Source of the DNA: Lama glama
Taxonomy: Eukaryota
Length of the DNA: 64,000 nt
Direction: 5' to 3'
NCBI GenBank assembly: GCA_028534125.1
Contig: CM052839.1
Span: forward strand, 45,632,001 to 45,696,000
The notes beneath the pieces were generated by a model. It was not told the DNA's origin, did no database searches, and was given only the letters and a program-made list of their open reading frames with translations. The position numbers and the translations under genes are program-made. This document shows, one piece after another, positions 36,637 through 47,068 of the stretch; position 1 is the first letter of the stretch; the number at the start of each line of letters is the position of its first letter.

Positions 36637-37459
36637 CACTGGTCCTCAGGTTCCAGTCACAGACACTTGGATTTGCAGGGCACAGGAAGAACAAGTGGCC
36701 CTGAAAATCCTCCCAGCTCACTGTACGGAGCAGGACACACTGGGCGGCCTCACCAGCTCAGGGCAGCCCCATGCCCTTCCCAAGGTGGGGCCGGGCCTGG
36801 CTGCCCAGGACCCTTGGAGGGGGTGCCTAGCAGTGTCCCCGGCTGGGAGATCTGGTGCCATCCGGAAGCTGACACAGGGAAGGAAGGGGCCCGGCTGGAC
36901 AGGGTCTGGGGGGGCCAGATGCTCCCTGCGTCCAGGCCAGAGAAGCAGCAAGGGTCAGTGGGGAACCCACGTGGGGCTCGGGTGGGATAGCCCTTGTCCT
37001 GTCTCCTGGACACCTCAGGGACAAACCCAGCCCACTCCCACCAGCACAGAAGACAACAGAGGCCCCTTCATCTCCTTCCTGATCCTACAAGTGGCCAGGG
37101 GTAGGGGGTAGGGGCAGGGAAAGGTGGTGGGAAAGGGGAGGGAGCTCAGGGTCAAGGTCCTGGGGGGCAGGCAGGGCCAGGCAGCTCCAAAGATGCAGCC
37201 AGGCCCAGGGGAGGGCAGGGGCTGGCAAGGCCAAGCTCTCCTAGTGACAGGGGCAGCTTGAGATCCCCCAAGAGAAAAGGAGGGGGCTTGGGGAGGAGGG
37301 GAAGGCCTCGGCCGTCAATCTTGCCTGTCCTGGTCCTGGGGTTTTCAGCCCACTGGGAGCAAGGCCTCCTCCCCTCCCAGGAGCTGGGCCCACAGGAGAG
37401 GAGGTCCTGGCAGCAGGCGGCACCCAGATCTCCCAGAGGCCAGGGGAGGGCCCGGCGCT

Positions 37460-38531
37460 CTAGGACTTCTTGGCGTCCTGCGTGTTCCGGCGCTTCAGGT
37501 CGCTCAGGTCGATGGGCTTGAAGGCTGCCGGGCAACAGAGTGCTCAGCGGTGGCCGCAGGTGGGGAGACAGGGTCCCCCCTCGTCGTGCCCCTGCCTCTG
37601 AACGTCCTGGGACCCAGCCCACTCCCAAGCCCTGCCCCTGGCCGGGCCTCTCCCTCCTAGGCCGGCCCCCCCACTCACTCTTCAGGCTGGGGTTAGGGAC
37701 CTTCTCCACGTACTCCTCCACCAGGCCCCGCTCGCTGCCTGACATCTGGCTGCGCAGGTCTCGCTCCACACCCTGCCAGGCTGCGGGAAGCAGGGCAGTC
37801 AGAGCCCCCAGCCCATCAGGCCGACGGCCCAGTCCTACCTGTCCGTCTTCTCAGAGAGGCCCTGCAGCCCCTGCCCGCTCTTGACCTAAAGTTGCCCGCT
37901 GCACATCCCCGGTCCCTCGGCGAGCCCTGCCTGGACCTCACCCCTTGCAGCCACGTGACCCCGTGGCACCGTGACCAGTGCTGCCGTCACAGAGGCACGG
38001 GTGACCCACTGGGGAACAGCGCATCTTCCTCTAGGCCAGCCCACATCTTTCCCGCCTCCTCCACCCACCACGTCCCGGCACAAAGGTCATGCACACGTGC
38101 TCACACACTCCAGCCATGCCGCTTCTGGGACAGCCCCGGGTCCCCCCGTCTGTCTTCCGCGTGGCCCCCCTCCCTGCACAAACATGAAAGGCTGAGAACG
38201 CCACCTCCTCCGGAGTGCTGGCTGCCAGACCCCCAGGACCAGGAATGGGTCTCCTCACCAGACAGTCCCACCCAGGCCCGGAAGGCTGGGGGGAGAGTGA
38301 GGGTGGCGCCCGCGCACCTTCGTAGATGAAGCGCACATTCTCCTCATGGGCTGGGGTGAAGATCTCGCTGCTGCTGGGGGGGGAGCGGGGGCTGCTGTTC
38401 CTCTTGCCGTTGTAGACAACTCTGGAGACAGGGGAGCTGGGGGAGCCCAGCCCGTCAGGGGAGAGGGGAGCGGGGAGCGGGGGGCGGCCCCACCCCCAGG
38501 CCACTCCGCTGCCTGAGACTCACCTGGTCAT
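37460..38531 (-). CDS. MCRIP1: MAPK-regulated corepressor-interacting protein 1 (FAM195B), 4 coding exons, 97 aa
   Basis: complement(join(37460-37524,37679-37780,38318-38436,38524-38531)) = 294 nt, GT-AG introns. Protein MTSSPVSRVVYNGKRNSSPRSPPSSSEIFTPAHEENVRFIYEAWQGVERDLRSQMSGSERGLVEEYVEKVPNPSLKTFKPIDLSDLKRRNTQDAKKS*, with the PIDLS (PXDLS) CtBP-binding motif and SP/TP ERK sites. Confidence 0.97.
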
Positions 38532-41500
38532 CGCTGGGGTGTCTGATCCTCCTGCTCCGCTGCCGGATGCCCTCGGCCTCTGGAAGGGGAAGTCCCACGA
38601 CACAGGAGTGGGACGGAGGTCACCCTCTCCAGAGGGGCTGCCTCCTCCCTTTAGCTGTGCCCTCCCTGCCCCTCCCAGGGGACTGGGTCCAGCCACAACC
38701 CAGCTGGCTCAGGGTGTGGCAGGGTCAGCTTGATGGGGCCGGGGGGTGGCGATGCAGGACCCGGAGCGGCCTGGACTCTGGACGGCCCCCGCACTTGGAC
38801 CACTGCTGCTCAGGGAGCACCTTCCCCGGGGTGGGGAAGCTCTGCTGACACTCCCGGTCCCCGAGGCCCAGAACAGCCTTCCCGGCGGAGCGTGAGTCTG
38901 CGGGGAAGGCGGCAGTCGTCCGGTGCCCTCGCAGCCTGCAGGGCCTGGCTGTTGTTTCCACCAAGCCTGTTTCTCACCTGTAACATGGGGTGTGCTTCCC
39001 AGCGGGAAGCAGCCCAGCAGAGCCTGCCCAGCTTCCTGGTCCCCGAGGCTGTGGTGTGACAGGAGGGCTGGGGGAGGGCTGTGAGCCGGGAGGAAGCCGC
39101 CAGGCCCAACAGAGTGGCGGAGACCCCAGGATGCATTCTGTTTACAGCCTCTGAGCCCAGGGAACTCTACAGCCCTGGATGGGGCTCTATTTTTAGGCTT
39201 ACAAACTGGCCACCTGGCCAGCTTTCCCTCTCTGGCTGAGGACACACACCACAGGGTGAGGACGCTGGCTGCAGAGGCCCAACCCCAGGCCCGGCCTTGC
39301 CCCAGAGCTGGGCACCCCAGGTGCTCCAGGTGTGGGGATCCTGCGAACGGCCTCTGGGCACAAGCACCTCGGCCACCCACCCCAGGAACGCCGGGCCCCC
39401 AGACTGCCCAGAGCAGGTAGCCACAGCCCCTCCCGAAGGCCAGGAGACCGACACATGGTGGGGACTTCCTCACCGGCAACCTCGGCGTTTAAACACCTGC
39501 ACAGGTAAACGCAGCGCTCGGACCGAGGTAAGAACAACAAAAAAGCGTAAACGCAGCTTCCTGGAGGCACATGTAGCCCTGTGCCCCTCCCAGGCTAGGG
39601 GCCCAGCTCCTTGCAAAGGGACTTCTCCTTTCTTGGCTTGGGGAGTTTCGCTGCCCATGGTTCCCCTGCCCAGGCGCCAGCCCCACAAACACCAGAGTAC
39701 AGAGGGAAAGCCCTGGGGACACCCATCTCGTGGGGCTGCCAGCAGTGCGGTGAGGCAGGAAGCTCCAATTACGCAACAGGAGGGAGGCGCCCGGAGGACC
39801 TATGCTGGGCGGCCCCTCCTCACGGCCAGGCTCCCTGCCGTCCTGCAGCCTGTCCTCTGGGACCTGGGCGGCCACTCTTTCAGGGCACCCACCTTCTCAG
39901 CCTTGCCCACGCTGGGGCCTCTCCTCCCAGGGCAGCCTCTGCTTCCGCCTGCTCTGGCCATAGCCTCCAGGGGCTGCCTGCGTTCCCGGCTCAGCTTCAG
40001 GCCCAGGCCAAGCCCGGCGGTCGGCGCCCTGTCTGCACAGCGGCTCTGTGGCTCGCCGGTAGCCTCACTGGCCCCCCTCGGCCCGTGCAGTCCCAAGACC
40101 TGCGCCCTGGGCCCCTGGAGCACTTGGTCTCCACGCTGGGCACCTGCCCCGCTGCCGCCGGCTGGGCTTCCCAACCAGACCAGGAGCTAGCTGAGCTCAC
40201 ACCAGCTCCAGACCTAGGTGGACGCCAGGCTGGAGCTTGTTAACTGCCAGTAGAGTTGGGCCGTCCCCAGAGGCGAGTGTGCCCCGCAGGCTGTAAGCTG
40301 TGGAGTGGGGCACTTGTCACTCAGCGCCCGCCCAGTGGATGTGCTACATCAGGTAAGGGGCTGCTGGTACCCCAGAGAGTGGGCCGGGAAGCATCTTGGC
40401 CAGGTGCCGGACACCCACAGGTTCTCATGTCCTCAGGACTTGAGAAACAAGTAAAATGACTTTTTAAAAACCCACCGGCAACCTCGACGGGGGAGCTCAC
40501 ACTCAACCAGGCCCAACTTCACAGGCCCATGTCCTACCAGCCTGTCCTGGACACGAGGAACCTCCAAGCCCTCTGTCTTCTGCCTCCACAGGCCATTCTC
40601 CCCAGGATCTCGTGCTGGCCCTGCCCTGACCCTTCCGAGACCTAGGGACACCGAGGCTTCTCCTGACCGTACCAGCTTCCTGAGAAGCCGGGCCTGCTGC
40701 TCCCCTGGGACAGAGGTACAGCAGGCTGTGCTCGCTCACTCTCATCACCTCCTGGGGCTCCTTTAAGGAGCCAGGCCCCTCATGCTGACCCCTAATAACT
40801 ACACAGGCCTCAAGAGAGCCATTCCAGTCCTAGGCATGTGGCCGCCAAGAGGTGCACAGGAGCGCCAAGAGGAGTAGCACTCATCAGTGGCCAGAGGGAA
40901 GAGACCCGAAAGGGTTGTACACACTGGGCCCACTTCTGCCACGGAAGGTGACAGGGTGAGCACGAGCCTTGGCAACAGCGGGTGACCAGGCCACTAACAC
41001 TGAGCAAAGGGAGTGGCCCAAAAGGACTGAAGACAGAAGCTCAGGGACTCGCGGCTGCGGGACGTGGTGGACGAGGGCCGAGCCACAGAGAGTACAGGGA
41101 GGGAGAACGAGGTGGGGAGAAGTACACGGGGGCAGCTGGAGTCGAGGAAGACCTGGATGGCGAAGGGACACTGGACCGGCATGACAAAACCCCCACTGAC
41201 CTAGCATGAGCAGTCTCAGTGGAGCGAGGGGAGGAAGTGGGACCCTCAGCTAACGGCCTGTCTGCCACGGTGGGCCGGGAGGGGAGGCCCGAGGCCTGGG
41301 CCGACCGGGCGCGTCTGGCCAAGCGCAAGGAAACCTGAGCATGTTTGCCACCAGGGGAACGCGCTGAGTGGCGCCAGGACAGAGTCAGGCACGGGGGGGG
41401 CAGGTGACCAGTGGGCTGGGGAGCACGGCACGCCTGGAAAAGTGCCCGGGACACCTAAACAGGCCCAGTGGCCTCGAGGGCCCCGCTGGGAGCTCCGAGT

Positions 41501-43689
41501 CTGGAAGGATGGTGACTACTGCTCACACCCGCGTTACAGCCCACCTGGCCGGCTTCCCAAACATCTCCCGCCCCGTTTTCCGTCCAGTTTTCGCTCACAA
41601 TAATCACCAGACACATTTCCTCAAGACTGGACCAGCTCGAGCCTCAGCACTCACACTGCAGCCCGTCAGCTCTAAAAAATTTTCTCATACTTTAATGGCT
41701 TTGAGATTGGGTTGCGCCCGGCAATCACTAGCACAGAGGTTAATGGTGCTCTTCCATTCTTAGAGGACCACGGTGCGTCACTGCTGTATCAGATCTGAGA
41801 AGGCAACGACCATCTCCCCTCGGCCCACAGAGCCCAAGCCGGAAGCCCAGAGACCTCCCTCCCAGAGCCTCTCCCGTTACTCCATCCCATTCCCAGCCAC
41901 CCCCGCCCCTCCCCCCGAGCCGGGACAGCCTCCTGCACTATCCTCCTCCCTCCCTGAGACACGTGATGCCAGCACCATCTTTCCCACACCTCCTCCCCAC
42001 CCAGACACTATCCGGGCCTTCTGCTATCAAGCCCTCAGTCTGGCCACAACCTGTTCATCCGGTGTCACCAGCTACTGGGTCCCCAGCCCACGCCAAATAC
42101 AGCCTATGCCACAGAGCCATCTTGCCATCTCTGCTGCTGCCAGCACCATGGAAAACCGCACATCGCCCTACAGTGTTGTCCACGGCTGCCCAGCCCACAG
42201 CGCCAAGCGGGCTGCACGCTTGGCACACGGCAGGGTGAGAACCACTCTGTGGCTGGAGATCACCCAGCCCTGCTCTGTCTGTCGCCCCCAGGTGAGTCTC
42301 TTCCCTCCCTGGGCCTTGGAGTCTTCATCTGAGCCAAAGTAGCCCCCGAGAATGTCCACCAGGCCCTTCAGTTCAACAGGCATCCAAGCACAGCCACATG
42401 GGACCACCACCTCCAAGGCCTCTGTGGCTGCTTATCCAACAAGACAGTGGACAGGGCAGTTGCAGAAAGAACGTGTCATCTAACTGGGCACTTCTGGGAA
42501 TGAAAGGGATGCTGCTGATTATGGAGCGTGAGCCAGGACAGCTCTGGGCAGGCCGAATGCAGAGACAGCCCACTTGGGGCTGATGGAAACCTGCAAAACT
42601 ACAGGGCACAGTGAAGGGGCAGCAGGGCCATCAGCCACAGCAAACACCTGCCAGAGGCTTACTGTGGAGCAGCCACTGTGCTGGGCCAGGGAGGACCCTG
42701 ACAACCCCCATTCTGAACGCTCGGTGGGTGCAACAACCTGCCACCCAGCAGGGTGGGGTCTGGACCCCAAGGGACCCTCAGCCTCTGGGCTTCCAGGGCC
42801 ACTGCAGTCAGGGCCAGGCCAGGATGGCTCGGGTGGCATGACCACCCCAGAGCCTGCCTCTGTCCTTGCCTGCACCCCTGGCAGGCCCCTGGAGCCCTGG
42901 CATCCTTGTGGCTCTGCTCAGACACAGGGAGAGAGCCTTCCTGGGTGGATCTACATAGCACCTTGCTCTTCCATGGGAACAGAGGGCTTAGAGACCTCCT
43001 GGGAGGAGGCAGGGTGTGGGGGGACCTGAGGCCCAGTCTGCGGATCTCATCTCGAACTCTTTCCCCACACAGAGCCGTACACCTAAGGACAGGCGGTGAG
43101 GTGATACTCTGTTGTCTGGAGAAGTAACAAAGGATGTTCCAGAGTTAGAATCAATGATGCAACAGAGACCATTCTGTGTTTCTTTAGAACTTTTGATCCA
43201 CACTCAGATTTTCTCTGACCCCACTTCTCCTCCATACTCAGTGTCTCTGGGGCTCTCCACAGCCCAGTTTCTGCCCATGAGACTTCTAGAAAATAATCTA
43301 CCACCCCAGCAGGCGCCAGGAGGATAAGCACTGGACTAGATGCCACATGGGCCTGGTGGTCCCCTGAAGACCCCAAGGCAACGCCTCTAAGCACTGCGCC
43401 ACCCCCTCGCCCTCCTTCCTGGGAGAAGTCGCAGCTCCCCTGTTGTTACAGACCCAAGTGCCTCACCCCCTCCCACGGCCAGCCCTTCCACTCACCCCAA
43501 ATCAAGCCTGTCTTCAGGACTCAACTCCGGCACCCTTCCCTCCCCACCTCTACCGCTCTCTAAAAGCTCTGGACACTCCTGGCGGACACCTCCGGCCCTT
43601 TGCTCAAGAAGTCCTGTCTGCCCAAAACGACCCCCGGGGGTCCCGCTAACCACCACCTTCTCTGGGAAGTCTCCCTGGGGAGACGGAGA

Positions 43690-44158
43690 GCACGACTTCT
43701 GCACCACCGCGGTACCTGAAGCTTCTGAACCGGAGGTCTGCGGCCGCGCCCCGCGGCAGGCCCCAGCCCACCTCGGCAGCCCCCGGGACCCGCGAGCTCC
43801 CCGAGGGCGGGCAGCCTCCCACCCCCTTTCCGCCCGGCACCGGGCACCGCCCCGCCTGGTGGGAGGCCGGGAGCGCGGGACGGGCGGGACGGCGGCGGAG
43901 GGCGCGCTGCGGGGGCCCGGCCGGCTGCGCCCCGGGGTCGGAAAGCACCGTCTGGGATGCTCCCCGGAAGGCGGGGCGGCGGCAGCCTCAGGGGCTGAGA
44001 AGGACAGGCCCGCGGCCTCTCCAGGCCCGCGCCCGGCGGGCCGGCCCCGCCCCTCCGCCGCGGCGGGCCGGGCGCCCCGGGACCCCGCCCGGGGCCCTCC
44101 CCTCGCGGCCTCCGCGCCTGGGCGGGTCCTGGCCGCGCCCGCCCAGCCCCGCCCCGCC

Positions 44159-44190
<32 letters not shown>

Positions 44191-44590
44191 TCACCTCGCC
44201 CTCTCGGCCGCCGCCGCTGCCAGGGGCCCGGCCGGAAGTGACGCGCGCCGCCGCGCGCGCGCACGCGCACGGCCACGTGACCGCCGCCGCGCGGGGGCTG
44301 CGCGAGGGCGGGGACTGAGCGCCGGGGACTGAGCGCCGGGGCCTGGGTCCGCGAGGTCTGCGGCCTCCGGAAGCCGGGGATGGCGGAGACCGGCTCCTGG
44401 GGCAGCGGGGATCTAAGGGGTCGGGGCCGGCGTGGTCGGGGTCTCGGGGCGGACAAGGCGGGGAGGCAGCGGGGTCGACGGACGGCGAGGACCGGGGGTC
44501 GGGAGCCGCGGGACCCCGAGACCAGAGTGGACGACCAAGTCCACTGACCACCGGAAGCAGCGGGAGCCGGAGGACTGGGGCGGGCCGGTC
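43690..44590 (-). promoter_or_regulatory. MCRIP1: MCRIP1 CpG-island promoter and non-coding exon 1 (donor at 44195/44194); exon 2 spans 38524-38579
   Basis: CpG island with minus-strand donor GAG|gtgagg, CCGGAAGTGACG (ETS/CRE-half) at 44232-44243 and CACGTG E-box at 44274-44279. Confidence 0.75.
44161..44187 (+). repeat. (GCC)9 tract just inside MCRIP1 intron 1
   Basis: Read directly; lies 7 nt from the exon 1 donor. Confidence 0.9.
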
Positions 44591-44629
44591 CCCAGTAATC
44601 AGGCCATCACCACGGGCTTGGGGATCACG

Positions 44630-44635
44630 TTTATT
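44630..44635 (-). terminator. PPP1R27: PPP1R27 polyadenylation signal
   Basis: AATAAA on - strand about 220 nt after the stop, at the edge of the MCRIP1 CpG island. Confidence 0.8.
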
Positions 44636-44853
44636 GAAAAAGTAAAAAGTATCACAATAAAAAATCCACCTGGAGAAAAAGCCAGGCCAGAGGTGTGGGA
44701 GGAGCAGGGGTTGTGCCCAGGTTTGGGGTCGCGCGGCCAGCCTGGTCGGCTCCCAGCCGGGCTGGCCCGGCACTCCTGGCACGTCGGGGAGGTGGGCACC
44801 TGACTTGTGTGTGTGAGGAGGAGGGGCTGGGCCCTGGAAGGGCGGGGCTGGGC

Positions 44854-45680
44854 TCAGTCCATCTTAGTCCCTTTGAAGAGCTCCACCAAGTCCTTGAAGT
44901 CAGGGTCAATGAGGTCCGAGGGCAGGTCACCATCATCGTTGGCAGCTTCTCTGTCTGCCCCCAGGGAAATGAGGTACCTGGGGTGCAAAAGGTGGCCCTG
45001 GTTGCAGAGCGGGTGACCTGGAGGATGTTCACTCCTACCCCAGGGTAGCAGGCTGGGGTCCTGAGGTCCACCTGTTTTTTATTTTTCCAGGTGGGGTGAA
45101 GAGGAAAAAACCGGACCCTTTGGAAACTACGGCTGACTTTTGCAGTCTGCTCTGGGGAGGGCAACAGGGCAGAAAGGAGATTCTAGAAACCCTTAGGATT
45201 CTAAGCTCCACTACCAGGGCCACGTTTTGGGAGACTACATCCTGGAGGCCACCCTCTCACCTGGCTATATCAGGGTACCCGTCGCTGCAGGCGATGTGCA
45301 GGGCCGTCCAGCCCGTCTCGTCACGCTGGTGAATGTCAGCCCCGTATTTGACCAGCAACTTGACACACTCCAGGTTTCCAGAGAGCACCGCTTCATGAAG
45401 GGCAGCCAGGCCTGGGCAGGGTAGGAGGGGTCAAGGCTGAGGCCTTCCTCTGCTGCCCCAAAGACCCTCACTGGCCTCGTAGGCACTCACCTGAGGGGTA
45501 GATGGTGTCCAGGGAGACTTTCCGAGTCCTGATGAAGCGCCCCACCTGCTCCAGGTCACCCTGGCGGATGTGGTCCAAGAACAGGACATCATTAGGGAAG
45601 TGCACACTTCTATTGGCCAAGAGCCTCCGGCGCCGCTGCCGTGGGCTGTAGCGGGCATAGCGGGCTGTTCTGCTGGGCAT
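44854..45680 (-). CDS. PPP1R27: Protein phosphatase 1 regulatory subunit 27 (ankyrin-repeat protein, DYSFIP1), 3 exons, 154 aa
   Basis: complement(join(44854-44977,45261-45411,45491-45680)) = 465 nt. Translation MPSRTARYARYSPRQRRRRLLANRSVHFPNDVLFLDHIRQGDLEQV...GLAALHEAVLSGNLECVKLLVKYGAD...GWTALHIACSDGYPDIARYLISLGAD...LFKGTKMD*. RVxF PP1-docking motif RSVHF at 45597-45611. Confidence 0.97.
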
Positions 45681-45846
45681 CCTGGTGGCTATGGCGTGGG
45701 CTGCCCCTTCGGGGACCCTACTGCTGGGGGGAGGCAGGTCCCCAGTCCGGATCAGACCTGCCAAGGGCAGGCTCTTCTGGCTGACGATGACCTGCAGTGC
45801 AGCCACCGCAGGGCTCCTGTGCTCCCTCTGGCCCGGGGGCTTCCCA

Positions 45847-45876
45847 CTTATATAGGGCCCTCAGAGCTATATAAAG
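45847..45876 (-). promoter_or_regulatory. PPP1R27: PPP1R27 core promoter: TATA/CArG-like plus MEF2-like element
   Basis: CCTATATAAG on - (45856-45847) about 170 nt upstream of the ATG, and CTATATAAAG on + at 45867-45876. Confidence 0.6.
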
Positions 45877-46709
45877 CTGCGCAGTCATGCTCGCACCCGA
45901 AGGGCTGAAACTGAGCCGCCCCAGCCCTGCCCTCAGGATCATGTTAAGTGGTTCATCTTTCAGCCCACCTGTCGCTGTGCCCGGCCAAAGGGGTCAGATC
46001 CTTCCTGGCCACCGCTCCCTGCCCACAGCTGGACCTAGAAGGTGCCTGACAGAGGGCAGGAGAGGTGCTGGAAGGGCAGGGCCATTAGGAAGGCACACAG
46101 GTACCAAGGTCATCAGGGGCGGGGGTCTCCCATGGTCCCAGGGACTTGCAGGCGGTGCATGATGCATGGTGAGCACAGCTGCCTCTCCCTCCTGCAGGGC
46201 GATGGGGCCGCCCACACCTAGGAAGCCCAGGGTCCTGGCCGTGCCACCCATCCCCTTGCCACTTGTCACCTTCCATCTGGCTTGCATCACTCATGGGGCA
46301 GTTTTCCCAAATGCCCATTAGGGACCCTCTGCAGCCCCCTCCCCGCCCAATGCCCTGTCCCCCATGCTCCCCACCCCCTCCATTTCTTCTGTTTCCAGTC
46401 TGGCTGCTTCCTGGCAAGAATACACTTGCTCACCCTTAAGGTGGCATCTAGTTGGCTCCGCAAGGACTCAGTGCTGTGTGCCCTCTGCCCCTGGCCCAGT
46501 GCAGACTTCCCTGCAGGAGTGTGACCAGTGGAATTTTAAGACATCCCAGCAGGCTGGGCCAGTGCTGGCTGTCTTCACCACAGCAGCCAAGGTCAGAGGT
46601 GGGGCTTCAGCTTCAGTGAGAAAGCAGAGCCGGTGGGGGGACACACACCCGGGCGCAAAGCTGGGCCTGCGGGGTCAGCACAGCCCTGCAGAATCCGAAG
46701 CTTGCTGTC

Positions 46710-47068
46710 TGTCAAGATCGAGGTGTTGGCGGGTAGCCCTTCCCAGGGACCACTGGCTTCAGGTCCACCTCGGGCTCCTGGGGCAGGTCCTTGACGTTCT
46801 CCAGTTTGTTGGCCCATCCCTGTCCTGCCTTCGAGCTCATGTGGTGTTTTCCTTGTGTGGCCGTCTATGTCCAGGTTTCCCTGTGTAATAAGGACACCAG
46901 CCATTAGATTAGGACCCATCCTACTCCAGCATGGCCTCATCTTAGCCTATTACACCTGCAGCGGCTCCACTTCCAAATAAGGTCACACGCTGATGTGCGG
47001 GGGTGGGGGTGGGGGTGGTTTAAGGCTTCAACATATGAACACGGGGGACGCAGTTCAACCCCTAACAC
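46710..47068. mobile_element. MaLR MLT1 LTR about 1 kb upstream of PPP1R27
   Basis: TAAGGACACCAGCCATTAGATTAGGACCCATCCTACTCCAGCATGGCCTCATCTTA...TTCCAAATAAGGTCACA...CAGTTCAACCCCTAACA. Confidence 0.8.

Noticed and set aside
38709-40243. 256-297-aa ORFs in MCRIP1 intron 1
   Set aside because: No recognisable motif or consistent splice structure; expected by chance at this GC content.
43560-44782. 298-aa and 264-aa ORFs over the MCRIP1 island
   Set aside because: Same GC-composition artefact.
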